Below, piece by piece: positions 50,772 through 63,847 of a DNA stretch of 64,000 nt (its first letter is position 1; every line of letters begins with the position of its first letter). The DNA is taken from NCBI GenBank assembly GCA_026026165.1, contig JAPEUD010000021.1:248001-312000 (forward strand). Direction: 5' to 3'. The DNA is from Sarea resinae (Eukaryota). The notes beneath the pieces are model-generated. The model searched no databases, was not told where the DNA came from, and saw nothing but the letters and a program-made list of their open reading frames with translations. Both the position numbers and the translations under genes were made by a program.

Positions 50772-52714
50772 ATGTTCTACTCGGAAACGCTCTTGTCGAA
50801 GACCGGGCCTCTGGCTCGCGTCTGGCTCTCGGCCAACTTGGAGCGCAAACTGTCAAAGACTCATATCCTGCAGTCAAACATCGAGACCAGTGTGAATGCT
50901 ATCGTGGATCAAGGCCAGGCACCGATGGCATTACGTTTGAGTGGACAACTCTTGCTCGGAGTCGTCAGAATATACAGTAGAAAAGCGCGCTACCTTCTAG
51001 ACGACTGCAATGAAGCATTGATGAAAATCAAGATGGTAAGAACTTCAGAGCGTATGGATGTGACTGGGACTGATCTGGGAAATAGGCTTTCCGTCCAGGT
51101 AACGTTGATTTACCCGCCAACCAACTGCACGCTCCCAACCCTGCGACCTTGACTCTCCCGGATGCTCTTACGGAATTGGACCTTCTCGCGCCCATGCCAG
51201 ATGAGTCGCTGCTGCTGACGCAACCCTCGGATATCGAATTGGGCAGAGGTGTCGATCTTGGTGGCCCCATCGATTGGACCAGTCAGCCTCTCACGCACAG
51301 TATTGAGCAGGACATGAATGCGCCCAGTGAGGAGTTTCTTGACGACGATGGCATAGTACTTGATCTTGGAGAGAACGATTTGGGACCTATCGGGGACGAT
51401 ACGAGCGTTCATATCGGCAGAAGAGAAGCCACTGCAAGACCTATGGAAGAAGATGTGGTCAGTGACGATATGAAATTCTACGAAGGGGAGGATCTTGCAC
51501 TTGACATTGGCGAAGGTCCAGCGAACGAGGGTCTCGGTGGCGCGACAGGCCTGTCGGAGGCAGGAGGTTTTGATTTCGGTGGTGATGAGGACATGGGTCT
51601 AGGCGCCATTGGGGAAGACGACGCCCCAACAGCGGCACCGACGCCAGCACGAGTCAGGGATTCACAATCGCCTCTATCATCGATACGCTCTAGTGCTGAG
51701 CGCGAGCTCGAGCACGACATTTTGCATGACTCTGCCATATTCGAGCCCGAAGAAGAGGAAGAAGAATCTCTCCATCAGGCTCACCGGGCCAAAAAGCGCA
51801 AAATTATCCAGCCGGATACCGACACGGTTCTGCATCAAAATCAAATCAGACAACAGCAAGATGATCGTTCCGGTATTCTAAAGCCGGCTTCGTTCTTACC
51901 AAGGGATCCTATGCTGCTGACGTTGATGTCTATGCAGCGAAGCGGCGGCTTTGTGTCCAATATCTTTGGAGATGCCCGAGGCAAGGGTTGGGCGCCCGAG
52001 CTGAGAAACGTTCTTTCTTTCGAGGTCGTTCGTCAATCTGGTGATTTGAAGCGGAAGCGCGACAGCGGCGTTGCAGACTTGAGCGACGTCGATCTCGAAC
52101 TGGGCGCAGAAAAGCAGCCGCAAATTGAGATTGGCGAGGATGATGAAGTGGAAGGTGTTGCTCCTCTTGGTGGCATCGGTGGCGATACAACCCTTGGCGG
52201 AGAAGAAGAGATGATGGATTTACCCGCCGATGATGGATTCCAGCCAGCTTTCGACGACGATATGGGAACGACGCCGCAAGCCGGCCTCGGAGGAGAGGAA
52301 TTTACACCAGCACCAGAGCACTTCGATGAGACCACCATGCCTCTTGTCCATCCCGCGGACAGCGGACCGGTAGCTGTGGGGACCAAACACGCTGTTCATC
52401 TGCTCCGTGAGCGCCTTGGCCCATCATCTGCTGAGAGCCCTTCTCAGAGGACCCAGACTAGTGTTCTTTTCCAGGATCTTTTGCCCGAGCAAACAACCAG
52501 CAAGGCAGACGCAACGAAGATGTTCTTCGAGGTTCTCGTTTTGGCCACCAAAGATGCTGTCAAGGTCGAGCAGAGGGAGGATGCTCTTGGTGGTCCCATT
52601 CGTGTCCGAGGAAAACGGGGTCTCTGGGGTTCTTGGGCTGAAACAGAAGCCGGTGGTGAGATTGCGCAGACTGGTGCGCCACCTGCCTCTGCACCTGTAA
52701 CCGCTGCCGCCTGA
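50772..52714 (+). CDS. RAD21: Cohesin kleisin subunit Rad21/Scc1/Mcd1 (2 exons)
   Basis: MFYSETLLSKTGPLARVWLSANLERKLSK..ALRLSGQLLLGVVRIYSRKARYLLDDC N-domain. Separase-type site SDIELGR. C-terminal winged helix ATKMFFEVLVLATKDAVKVEQ. Confidence 0.96.
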
Positions 52715-54364
52715 TCTGATACCTGATTCCTCTCGGGTCTACTATGTTGATGCCTGGCCGGCGTGGGGGCTCGGCTTCTTTTGTATCATCAAGGTCGGTT
52801 GGGGGCTTGTTAACGGGGTCTTGAGAGGAGTTTCCTCATGGGGTTTTCCATTTCTTTTCTCTTGCACTTTCTCTTTGCACGGGCTTGTTTTAGGGTTGAT
52901 TCCAGGGGCGTTGGGATGATTGGAACTGCTTTACTCTCTTTGAATCATGCTTCTTGACGGCGCGCTTATCATGACCGGCATTGCGTGCGTGCAGCATACA
53001 TTTTGATGTACGATCTCTCCGGGTCCTTTCTTCTCCACAGTGGGGACAATAATAGAAATCGCCAGACGGCCTCCTAGATTATCATCGTTGTCTCGTTATG
53101 GGTGTTGAGTATGGGCCCCGTGGTTCACCATTGGCACCACGGGCTGTAGGATTTCACATGGGGATGCATGCACCGTACGGTGGCTTGGGCTGCCTTAGGC
53201 GGTGCTGTTCTATCTGGAGAGCAACGCGGGTGCTCCCGAGGGATACATCCATGGATGCATCTTGATGGATGGATGGATCCATCCATCTTGATGCGCGTGA
53301 ATGAAACGGGACAGTACCAGTCTGGATACGGTATTTGGGACTTGACAACCTAACCTCATTCATCCCGTACCCAGATGAACTGGAACTTTGGTTGGAGCCT
53401 GTGCAACGAAGACTTATCGTACGAAGTACCTAGGTACCGACGACCATGACGACTATGTAGTAGAGTACTTCGTACGTGTACCGAGTGAGGTACGCCATTC
53501 TCCCTCTAAGCGCGGCACAGGAAGTTCTTCTGGGGTCGTGGTGGGGGGATCTTTGGTTCTATGGTTCTTTGGTTCTATGGTTCTTTGGCCAATGGGCCGC
53601 GCTGGAGGCTTCTGCTCTGTTGCGTGATTGCTCTGGACGGCACGTCTGGATATGCACGAAGCTAAGAATAACAGCCATCACAGATGTGACAATCCATTGA
53701 TTTGACCCTGGCTCAGAGGGTGGTATGCGATCGCGGCTGCGCCTCGTCTGGCAGCGGGGAGATTGGTGGGCTGAACTGCCATCAGTGGCCGCGACGGGCT
53801 GCCATGCCTGTCGTCCCCTCTTGATCGGCCACTTTCAGGCACGGCACTTGCATCAAAGCCCCTGCGCGACCTGTGCCGTCTCAATCATTGACGTCTCTGA
53901 GCCACTGGATAAGGCCACTGGATAAGGCGAGGTCGAGGGACCGCCTGCAGGACGAGAACAGATATCAGTACTGATACCTCGATCCTGATACCCCCCTCAG
54001 CACTGATGCTGGTACTGTACCGAGTAGAATGCAGGGCACGTAGGTGTGCTAAGAACATCGAAAGGTACTGTAGATACCGACTAGGACTCTCGTGGCGGTG
54101 CTGCCTCTGCTGCTCGACCTTACTCTACGCACTACGCTTGTTTGGCTCCCTTTTGCTTTCGAACCGGACTTCGACCCCTTCGTCTTCCATCGCCCATATA
54201 ACATGCCGTGCACTTCTCTCCTCACAAGCGAAATAACTTCTGATCTCGTTCTCTACTCTGCATCAAAGATCATCAAATCTGCCCAATAGCCCTTTTTCAT
54301 TTCTCACCTTGGCTTCTCTTATCTGCATTCGACGGTCTTATTTCCAAGACCTTGTCCTTTGATC

Positions 54365-55809
54365 ATGGCTTCACCCTTTCCGGCCTACACCCATACACTT
54401 TCACCCTGGGATTGTCCTCCAAATTCGCGCAACTTGAATGGCAGCACCGCTCCTCTGTGGAATCCGATTCAAGTCCTCAACTATGATTCCAACGATTGTC
54501 AGTGTCTCGGATATGCCCGTACCGCAGGCCGACGATGCCGAAATTCCACGGGACCGCAAAAGGGGAAGGCAACGTCACTTATTAGGGAAATGGCGATGGT
54601 GCCTCCGTCGTCTCCTGTGATGCACGCCATGTTGGAAGAGCTGGCTGGCTATTGTCTCTGTAGACGATGGCATCAGGACCAGAGCGATGAAATTGCTGAC
54701 AAGTGGCGGGCCAAGATCTCAGTCTCGCCGTCTTCGTCCAGTTCGAACAATGTCCGGAGACCGAAACCAGTGCCGACGAACTTTGATTATCTTACCCCGC
54801 CATCAACCCCGCCAAGGTCCAACAGATCTTCGATATCGAGTTCTTCATCGTATCAGACAGCGCCCTTCGCCCTGGAATCACCTGCCCCATCACGTGCGCC
54901 GTGGCCCAATCCGCAGATCTCGTCACTGTTTCTCAATGCATCCCCGGCAACGCCAGCTACCCCATCATCCCGGACGCTGCAAAGACCGAGTTCGCGGGCC
55001 TCACCGTTGTTTTCCAATGCACCACCGGCAACACCATCTACCCCATCACATGTGGCTCTGCAAAGGCCAAGTCCACGGGCCTCATCATCGACTCCTCGCT
55101 CACCATCGGAAATTCGAGGCAGAATCCAGGAAGTTGGCAACAGTGGCGTCGCCGCCCCACGCGAAAGAGCATCGCCAGAATCGCAGATCGCATCCGGGGC
55201 TCTTCCATCCTCAGTCCAAGCTCGGCCACCTTTGGTGCCAACGACAACCAATCTGCAGTCTCTAGCACTCGTGCGTACCCCAATAATTCAAGAAGCATCC
55301 ACTGCTTCGAGCACAGCAAGTCCTAGGGCTGGTTCACTCACCTCAAGAACCACGACCTCAACTACAACGACGACGACAACGACGAGTACTACCAGCACTA
55401 CCACGACGACCACTACCACGGTCACTTCCACAGTCGACGTCGCTTCAGAAGGCGCCGACATACCCAACGGTCCCCGTCATTCGCCCACTCCACCTCCCAG
55501 GCCATTAGCCCGTGAGCTGGCTCAATTAACATTAGCCCCACCTCCTCCTCCTCCTCCTCCAGTTCGGACTGAGCCTAGCGGAGAGAGAATTTTTGGCCAT
55601 GTCCGCGAGCATTCGCACCGAGAAGAGGTGCCGCAGCGCATTGTGGAGCTGCCCGATTCCGTAGAGGATGATTTGGAAAATATGCTGGAATCCTCAGATG
55701 AGGAATTCGAAGACGAGGAGTCTGAAAACGAGGAGTCTGGAGAGCAAGGGAGCTCGTCTTCGGATGCGACTTCCAACAGCCCCGAAGCTACACAGCCATC
55801 GTTGTCACT

Positions 55810-55846
<37 letters not shown>

Positions 55847-56199
55847 GCACCACCACCAGCACCACCACCAGCACCATCATCTCGCACAGCGGTTTTCGAG
55901 CCGCAGACTTACACGCATCCCTTGGAAATTCACGCCGCAACGGGCGTCGTTAGAAGATCGATTGAGGGAGACTGCCCCATTTGTCTGCAAGAATTTGAGC
56001 CTCGTTCAGCAACGGTTTGGTGCAAGGCTCAATGTGGCCAGAACTTCCATGAGGACTGTTTTACGCAGTGGACTAGAGAAAGGACTCCAAGCGACCTTAA
56101 TTGCGTCTTCTGGTACGTATTGTTGGCTTTCGTTGTCGCTATTTTGCGCAAGTAAATGAGGCTGATTTATCTCGCAGCCGCACAAGATGGATTCATTAG
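54365..56199 (+). CDS. Protein with N-terminal Cys/His Zn-binding motif, long S/P/T-rich linker and C-terminal RING finger (2 exons)
   Basis: N-term CLG...GRRCRN...LEELAGYCLCRRWHQDQ. C-term CPIC...WCKAQCGQNFHEDC..W...CVFC|RTRW. Intron 56113-56177 completes the last RING Cys. Confidence 0.85.
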
Positions 56200-59100
56200 C
56201 TGTGGGCGATCATCCTTTCGTCGAGAAGACCAAAGGGCATTAATCGAGATTGCATGGCCTTGTCCATCGTCCGCCAGAGAAAGAGCTTTTCGTTCTGCAC
56301 TTTTTTTTTTGTCACCATACGCTTTGTTCTCTTTTTTTTTTCAACGGTTCTTACGGTCATCATTTGCCGGCTTTTCGGGCGATTTAGGGCTCTGGATTCT
56401 TTTTGGTGCAAGGGCGCGGGGCGGTTGCTTTTCGAATACGAGATACCAAGATACCCGAGGATAGGATAAGCGTTACAGTAGTCCGCTCTCTCTCTTCTGC
56501 TTCTTATTATTACTGTTGTGGTGGCTTCCAATGTCATAATTTCCAATTCCGATTACTGAATCAGATGCTTCGTTCCCTTCGGTTCTGAACCCGTGCCGCG
56601 CCTTGCCTTGGCTGGTTGCCTGATGTGTAGTCTGTCCTGCAGCCTGCAGGTTCCATCATGCGCCCATGACCAGGCAATGTTCATCTCTTTTTTTTTTCCA
56701 ATTCTTCCCGTTACTTATTTCCCCGTCGCTTGGCAAAACGGTTTCGGCGCTCCAGACTTGACCAAAAATCGAACGCCACAAGCGCTCTCGCCTCCCCCAA
56801 CAACTTACGCTTTGCCACTGAATTCTGCAATCTGCAGGCCGGCACGGGAGGGGCCAAGGCGGGGAGTGTTATGAAATTCTTCACGGACCTTCTGAATGGG
56901 CGAATGGAGGGACGGAGGGACGGAGGGATGGATATGCTTGTTGCCCCGCCCTGCCCGACCATACCTGCCGCACACTGCCCGCTGCCCGCTGCCCGTAAGT
57001 ATCAGATGCATCCATGATGTATGTAGGTAATATATATGTAGGACCTTCCCTTCTCCCCCAATAGCAATACCGATGAGAAGGCCAAGAATATCATTTACGT
57101 ATATTCTCTATGATAGATCTGGAAATTTGGTAATTTTTCCGTCCTCGCCAAGCTATTGGTTGGCGGGCCAGAGTCGATCTTGCAGATCAGGAATATTTGC
57201 CCTGGCGAGATTATTACTGGAGCTGCGGTGCTAGTGGTGGTGGTCGTTGATCGTGTGGATCAGATGCAGTTGTACGAGGTACTCTTTACTCGGTCTTCGT
57301 ACGAAGGATTCGTACTCTGCTGCAGGAAAATGCCTGCCCAGGTACGTGATGTATACAGTCGACGGGCCTGTTACTCCACTCTATTTCTGAGTACTATATG
57401 GGAAGGCAAACTGGATCGACCGGTCGCAAGGACTATCATCATCATCGACTGGACACGTTTTCTTTTCTTTTCACTCCCGTCGATAGATGATGGATCCGAC
57501 CTGTCGGGCACCGATAGACCGACAGATGGACAGATGGGGAGACGGGACAGGTATTTAGACTGCGAATCGCCTCCTACTACTACTCCATCGGGACTAAACG
57601 ATCGATAGGTACGACTCAGGGATCGTGATGATCATTACGATGGTTGAGATGACGGTGTCTGAAACTTCATTTCAAGGCAGTCCCAATGTCAATCTACGAA
57701 ATGTGGAAATAATATGGGTAAGGCTACAAACACGATACGCTGCACGGTCGTCATCGTCATCGTCGTCGTCGTCGTCGGTGCATCTGATTATTATCCCATT
57801 TCGCTTGGGGAGTTTCGCAGGCCGCTATTTCGTTCTTAGTTCTGACCGTACGGATTGACTGTACATATGCTATTGGGATGGATTGAGCCAACGATAATCA
57901 AGTGTTTCTTTTCTGCTCTCTTCTCCAGGGCATAGGATGTGATGGCCGAGCGATCCATGCCGTTAGACCGACATCTTTCTGTCTGTCTGCCCGTCTGTCT
58001 GTCGCCTTCCTCCCCGTCACTACGGAGATGGGCCTTGGCCCCCAAACGAAGGGCTTAACCACGAGTGTTTAGCCTTACGAGCTTCGTGGAGTTTGCCATG
58101 CCTCGGCGCAGTCATTCATGGCCATGTTATGGGATTCAAAATGACGATCTCCTGCGACACTACTCCGTATTATCTCTGCATCGCCAAGGCTACAGCAGCA
58201 AGAAACGTTCATGGATGACTCGGCTAGGTCCGTGTCCAGTCTACTATGGTACATACTCACTTCCCCTGATTTTTCGTAGTATCCATGTCCTCACGCGCGC
58301 ACGGCACACTGTTTGAATATCAATGGATGGCATGGTCCAAGTGCCTGGAGCGAAGAGACTTGCGGGAGGGGAGGCAAGGATAAACGACAGGATTGATAGG
58401 AACAGGAAAGGGCAAGATGCATGCACACGAGCAGCCCGAGGTGCCTTGGTTGTCTAGCTTGTCGGTCGTGCAGCGCATGAATGCGGGATAAGGGCAAAGA
58501 TGCTGTCAACACACCACGATCATGGCTATGCCGAAAGCGTGGTTGGGGGCTTCTTTGGGCCGAGGGGCCTATTCCCTTTCGGTTGTGCGGTAGCCCCTGT
58601 CGTTTGTTGACCTTTACTCGTTTATCAGCCGTTCGGCCCCGGAGGCATTACGATCCCTGCGCTCTAAGGCAAGGTACCCGCGATCCCCTTTACTGGTGCC
58701 TTTTCGCTGACCTACGATGCCCATGGAGCTCGCTCTAGTCAGCTCAATCGAAGTGGAAACTAAGGGCGTTGTTCGTGACGTATCATACGGCTAAGAAGTC
58801 CGAAGTCACTCATGCTACGAGATCCGATATTTCCATCTGCAATGTCATCTCTCCTCACCGCTTGGCTGCCAGCGGAGAAAGCCTCGTTCAATATTCAGGG
58901 TGCTTGGTATTTCCGATATGCTTCGAGAAAAACAACGCTTACAGAAAGACTAGACGACAGCCCATGTCCTCGGGGCGCGGACTATGAGGGTAAGAAGGAA
59001 AAGTGATTGCAGATCACTCCAGCATCTCTGTGCTCCGTGCCCCTGGGGTCGGTTCTGGACCTCGGTACCCTTTTTGTACTTCTGCTTCTCGTATGCCGGA

Positions 59101-59976
59101 AAGGTTCGACAAGATCATCCTGGACGGCCGATTCCCATTTAGGGCAGCTAAGGATGATTGCCAAGGTCCCGAACAGTGAGCCCACATCGGCCCGACGTTC
59201 GTTTAGGGATTACTTCGGTCTATGACTATGCCAACTCAAGATAGCCAGTATCAATATGGCTTGAAGAAGGATTAGCTCTCAATGCACTATGAAACGAGGC
59301 GTCGTGCTGCTTGCCCATCGGCTGCTTTCTCTCGATGGCTTTCCTTTTGTCAAGGCAGGCTCAGGCTAGACCTGCATGTCCTCAAGATTAACATTGAAGT
59401 CGGTCACCTCAGATGTCTCTTAGCAAAGCTCGCAAGCTGCAACTCTAGACGATATCCCATTAGAGACAACTCAAACACGGAACCATGGATTTGGTGATGC
59501 AGGAGCTATATATTCCTTTTCAAACAATCCTACTGTATCTGCTGCATGAAGCTACGAGCTTATCGTTCCGAAGCCCTTGCTCAATCCCTTTTGGAAGATG
59601 ACCCCGCTTACATAAAGGATCTCACTGACAAAAGTGCTGCCTGAGTCCGAATACGATAGTATGAAACTCGACTTGTGCCCTAAAGCTGCATCTGGCTCCT
59701 TGGTTGCTCTCGGCATCCGAAAATAGAAAGCTCCATTACACATCACGGCCTCCATGTGTATTCTGTCAGGCTAGGGACAGGCAGTAACTGCGACGGGATG
59801 CATGAGCAGGGGCCTAATTTATCCCTGTTCATTCCTTACCTAGGGATCTCGACAAATCTTCTGAGCACTTGCCGCAGATCACCGGAGTGAAGCCGGCTCG
59901 ACGGACATGATTCTTACGATCTTGGCGAAGCTGATCGTCAGATAGCGAAGTTGCGCCCTTCGCTGGGCTGATTTTC

Positions 59977-59982
59977 TATAAG
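59977..59982 (+). promoter_or_regulatory. TATA-like element followed by a CT-rich tract
   Basis: TATAAG ~230 bp upstream of the ATG at 60208, followed by a pyrimidine-rich leader. Confidence 0.4.
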
Positions 59983-60207
59983 ACCTTGCCTCTTTCCCCT
60001 CTGCCTCCGCTTCAGTCCTTTCCCTCAGCAAACGTCCTTCTTTCTACAATCATATTTTTCGAATTTATTTCGATATCACATTCGTTCCAGATCTTCGGAT
60101 CATCCACTCGTTCAACCAGAACTCTAATTCAAAAATCTTGCCAGCGGCTTCTTATTTGATTTTCTTCGACTTTATACCCTACTACATTATCAACAAACAT
60201 CGCAAAC

Positions 60208-61398
60208 ATGGTCAGAGTTCTCTCCGCCTTGACGCTGCTCGCAGCCACTGCTTCGGCTCTCCCCGCCGGCCAAATCCACAAGCGTTGCTTTCCTCTAGCA
60301 TGGGGCAGCTCTGGTATCGAGTCTGCGTCCGGCGCCTCATCCGGCTCTGCTAGCGGCTCCGCCAGCGGCTCCGTCAGTATCTCTGGTGGTTTCTCTTCAA
60401 GCTCCTCGGGCGGCTGGTCCGAGAGCTCCTCCGGCAGCTCCTCTGGCGGTTCCTCGGGCAGCTCTTCGGGATCTGCCTCCGGCGTCTTTGCTCCCTGGAC
60501 CTCAAACGCTGCCGATGGTTCCCTTTCCGGCCAGGCCTTCAGCGGTCTCGGCTCCTGCATGGGTGGCCAGTCTTCCGAGGAAGCCGGCGCCTCTGCTCTC
60601 GCTGGCGTCGCAGCCTGGCTCGGCGGCTCTGCCTGCACTGGAATCGACGCCAGTGTCAAGTCTGCCATCCAGGGCTGGGCCGCCGGCGGTGCTGCTCTCA
60701 GTGCCAGTGAGATTGCCTACCTAAACGGATGGTTCTCCAGCCGTGGTTATGGTAAGTAGTGGTGGCGTCCTGGCCAGCTGTATGCTCTCAGACTGATCGG
60801 TTTTTACAGCCTCCCTGGGCGAGGCCTCCACCTGTGGCGCTAAGAGCCTGGTTGAATCGTGGTTCGCCTCGGCCAAGGCCTCCCTCAGCGGCGACATCCA
60901 GACCTGCGTCAGCGCTTTCGTCGCAGGCGAAGCCGTCGCCACCGTCAGCGCCGAGGCCGTCGCATCCTTCAAAGCCTGGATTGCTGGCGAGTCTTGCACC
61001 ATCACTGACCTCACCATCAAGGGTGCCCTCGAATCGTGGCTCTACGTTGAGGGTCTATTCGGTACGTGTCTACCGTTCTAACTATGCCAGATAGCACTAG
61101 CTAACACGGAGATCTATCTTCAGCGGGTGCCATCACCTCCTCAGCCGACGCCTCCACCGCGGCCATCGGCATTGCGCAGAACGAAGTTGCCGCCTGGATC
61201 AACGCTCATGGCGGCGCGCCTACCTGCTCGTGCGAGGCCTACAAGACCGTTCTCGAGGGTTTCGTCCAATGGGAGGAGGCTTCCTCTTTCGCCTGGTCGC
61301 TGCGTCAACAGGCCGTCGCCTGGCTCTGGAGCGAGGCTTGCACGTGGTCCGAGAGCACCAAGATCACCGTCAAGGTCTGGCTCGCCGTGTCCGCTTAA
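60208..61398 (+). CDS. Secreted Ser/Gly/Ala-rich protein with repeated Trp/Cys helical motifs (3 exons)
   Basis: Signal peptide MVRVLSALTLLAATASA, Kex2-type KR and an S/G-rich stretch. Introns 60752-60809 and 61062-61123 keep frame. Strong C-ending codon bias. Confidence 0.85.
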
Positions 61399-63847
61399 GC
61401 TTGAGTGGCATCGCGTCATAAGGTTGGCATTTCCGGTATGGGATTCTCAGCTGGGCATACAGCATTGATGAAGGGGATTTCATCCGTTTGGTTTTCCTAC
61501 GGGAAGTGTGTAATGTGAGGGGGCAAAATATCACAGCGAGCTTTTTGTTACCTGATTTGCTATGAGGTCGATATGTGTGCGTTACTTTACTTTTTCAAAG
61601 GGCATATGGGGTGTAGGGCGGAAGATAATAAGATCTAGCTACTTTTCTTTAATAATACATCAAAGCTCGCACGCATGAACATGCACGACATCTCAATTAT
61701 TGGCTGTTCGAACAGTATATACGATCATTGAAGTGATCTGGTGGGGTGGTGAGGAGGAAGGGTGGGTTGATTGCGCTCTTCGACTGTGCGGACTCAATTC
61801 GCTCAACAATCACCCGCAGCGGGCTTGACGTTTCCAGAACTTTTTCCTTTGAAATCGCTTCTTCCGATAGGTCGTACTTACCCCTGAATCGCCACGTTTA
61901 TTTGCGCACTCGCCATGTATCCTGCGCGCCCAGGTACGCTACCACCACCGAATAACGACACACAATTGATAATCAACAAGAGCAAGCAATAATACAGATC
62001 CGAGCCGTTCCTTGTCCGCCCTGCTCCCTCCCCAGCTACTCCGGACTCCTCTCCCCATTCTATCGTCCATCTGCGCAGTACCTATCTATCCATCGCCAAA
62101 AGTTTCCCCCCTCCGCTCCCGTTTCCATTCCCGCTTCCGCTTTCGCCCAAAACGAGAAAACACGAAACACATGGTCCGTGCGCCAGCGCGCCCGCACGCC
62201 CAACACCCCCTTTCCCGGTCGGGTCATGCCGAAAACAATCCACAGAAGCGAGAAGCCACAACGGCTCAAGGGGGGGGGGCACGTTTCAGCCTCCCCGATG
62301 CGGACAGTTGCGACGGACGGCGGACGGGACGACCAAAATACCCTGCCTATCTTGTGCGTGCCTGCCTCGAGTAGTAAGTCTCGTACGCAGGCAGCTGTTC
62401 TGGCTGGGCGAGCGAGCCCGGGGGGTATGTATGGAGTGCTCGACTGTGCCGGAAATGCGGCGGCCCTGGTGGCTGCTGCTGCACTGGCTGGCACCATTCA
62501 TCTATTTTTGGCTCGCTGGTGTTTTCTACTGTGCGGCGAGGAGGGCAGGGTTTTGTGTTATCCCCGTTTGGAGCCTGTATGGGTGTGCAAATGGTATGGG
62601 GTGAGGGGTGTCCGTTGCTATAGGCCGAGGCCGAGACCGAGATATCTGCGCGACGGACTGTGGTAAGTAAGTGGGCCGGGGTTTGCTGTATTCTTGATTC
62701 AAGATGGGTTGGGTGAGGTAGGTCAGGTGAGGTAGATGAGCAAGAGGGGCTTAAGGGTGTAGAGGGGTGGGGACGAGGTTGGATAGGAAAGTCGATGCCA
62801 GCGATAATGAATGCGGCTGCGGCAGTGGTGGTGGTGGTGGTGGTGCTGGTGGTGCTGGTGACGACAAGAAATGGGCCAAAGTCAGGGCAGTTGCTCGATT
62901 GAAGTCCAAACACATCCAAGATTCATGAGCATTGAAGCGCTGACTCCAGTCCAACCAAGTCTGCAAATATTGGGTCTGCAAAGAGTTGAGTTCGAGGATA
63001 TATCCACTTTCGGTGGCTCAATTCAGTCCAAAGACTTTTGTCTAATATTTACGACAGCCAGCTTGAGTGAGAATTGCAACTTCATGCAGATGAGCGAGTG
63101 GGCGGGCTTCTGAAATAGGAGGATGAGTATGCCACAGTCTTTGTCTGTCTGTCTGTCTGTTTGTTTGGATCTGGAGATTTTGAGGTGAACGGGGAAGCTG
63201 GTGGTTATGGGCATTGAAGGTGATGGATTTACTGTCATCACTTCTATTTGCATCGGATCCATGGATGGAGTTCTTGCTAATATGATCTATGCATTGCTGC
63301 TCTATGCTCGCAGTGTGAGTGTGCAGGGCTCACCGCAGAATATCAAGGGTTGAGGACATCAATGGAACTCGTGAGCCATCTCATCTATACGCAGCTGGTT
63401 CACGCTGTCATCACATCTACCTGTAGCTGGCCTACTTTCCTTTCTCTGACATGCTCTACTCTTCACCACCGCGGGACCGGATGGCCCGAACTTCTTTATA
63501 CCGAAGTCGCGTAACCCAGAAAGATGAGGACTGCGGTTGAGGTCATGGGCTTGACTCTTCTGAACGAGAGGACGTCATTTGGAGATTCACTCTCGAAACC
63601 GATTATCAGAGCCAGCAAACTCCTGTACACATTCACTTCATGAACAGATACAGCGCTCTTTTGGCCGTGGCAAAACCGAGTGAGCATGCCAGGACGTCTG
63701 CTGGAAAAACAGGGACTTTATGGACCCTCAGCCGCCTCTTCTGCATATCCTCAGACTCAGAATCAATTCTCTTCAAACGCAATCTCCGCAGTCAAAATCA
63801 CTGACAAAACAATATACTTCAACTAATCACGTACCCAAATAACCAAC

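Noticed and set aside
55668..56159. Poly-histidine ORF
   Set aside because: Alternative-frame reading of the (TCA)n poly-Ser tract in the RING gene.
56200..60100. Many 60-150 aa ORFs in the long intergenic regions (also 61500-63800)
   Set aside because: No codon bias, splice-consistent model or motif. They are interspersed with simple repeats and treated as non-coding.
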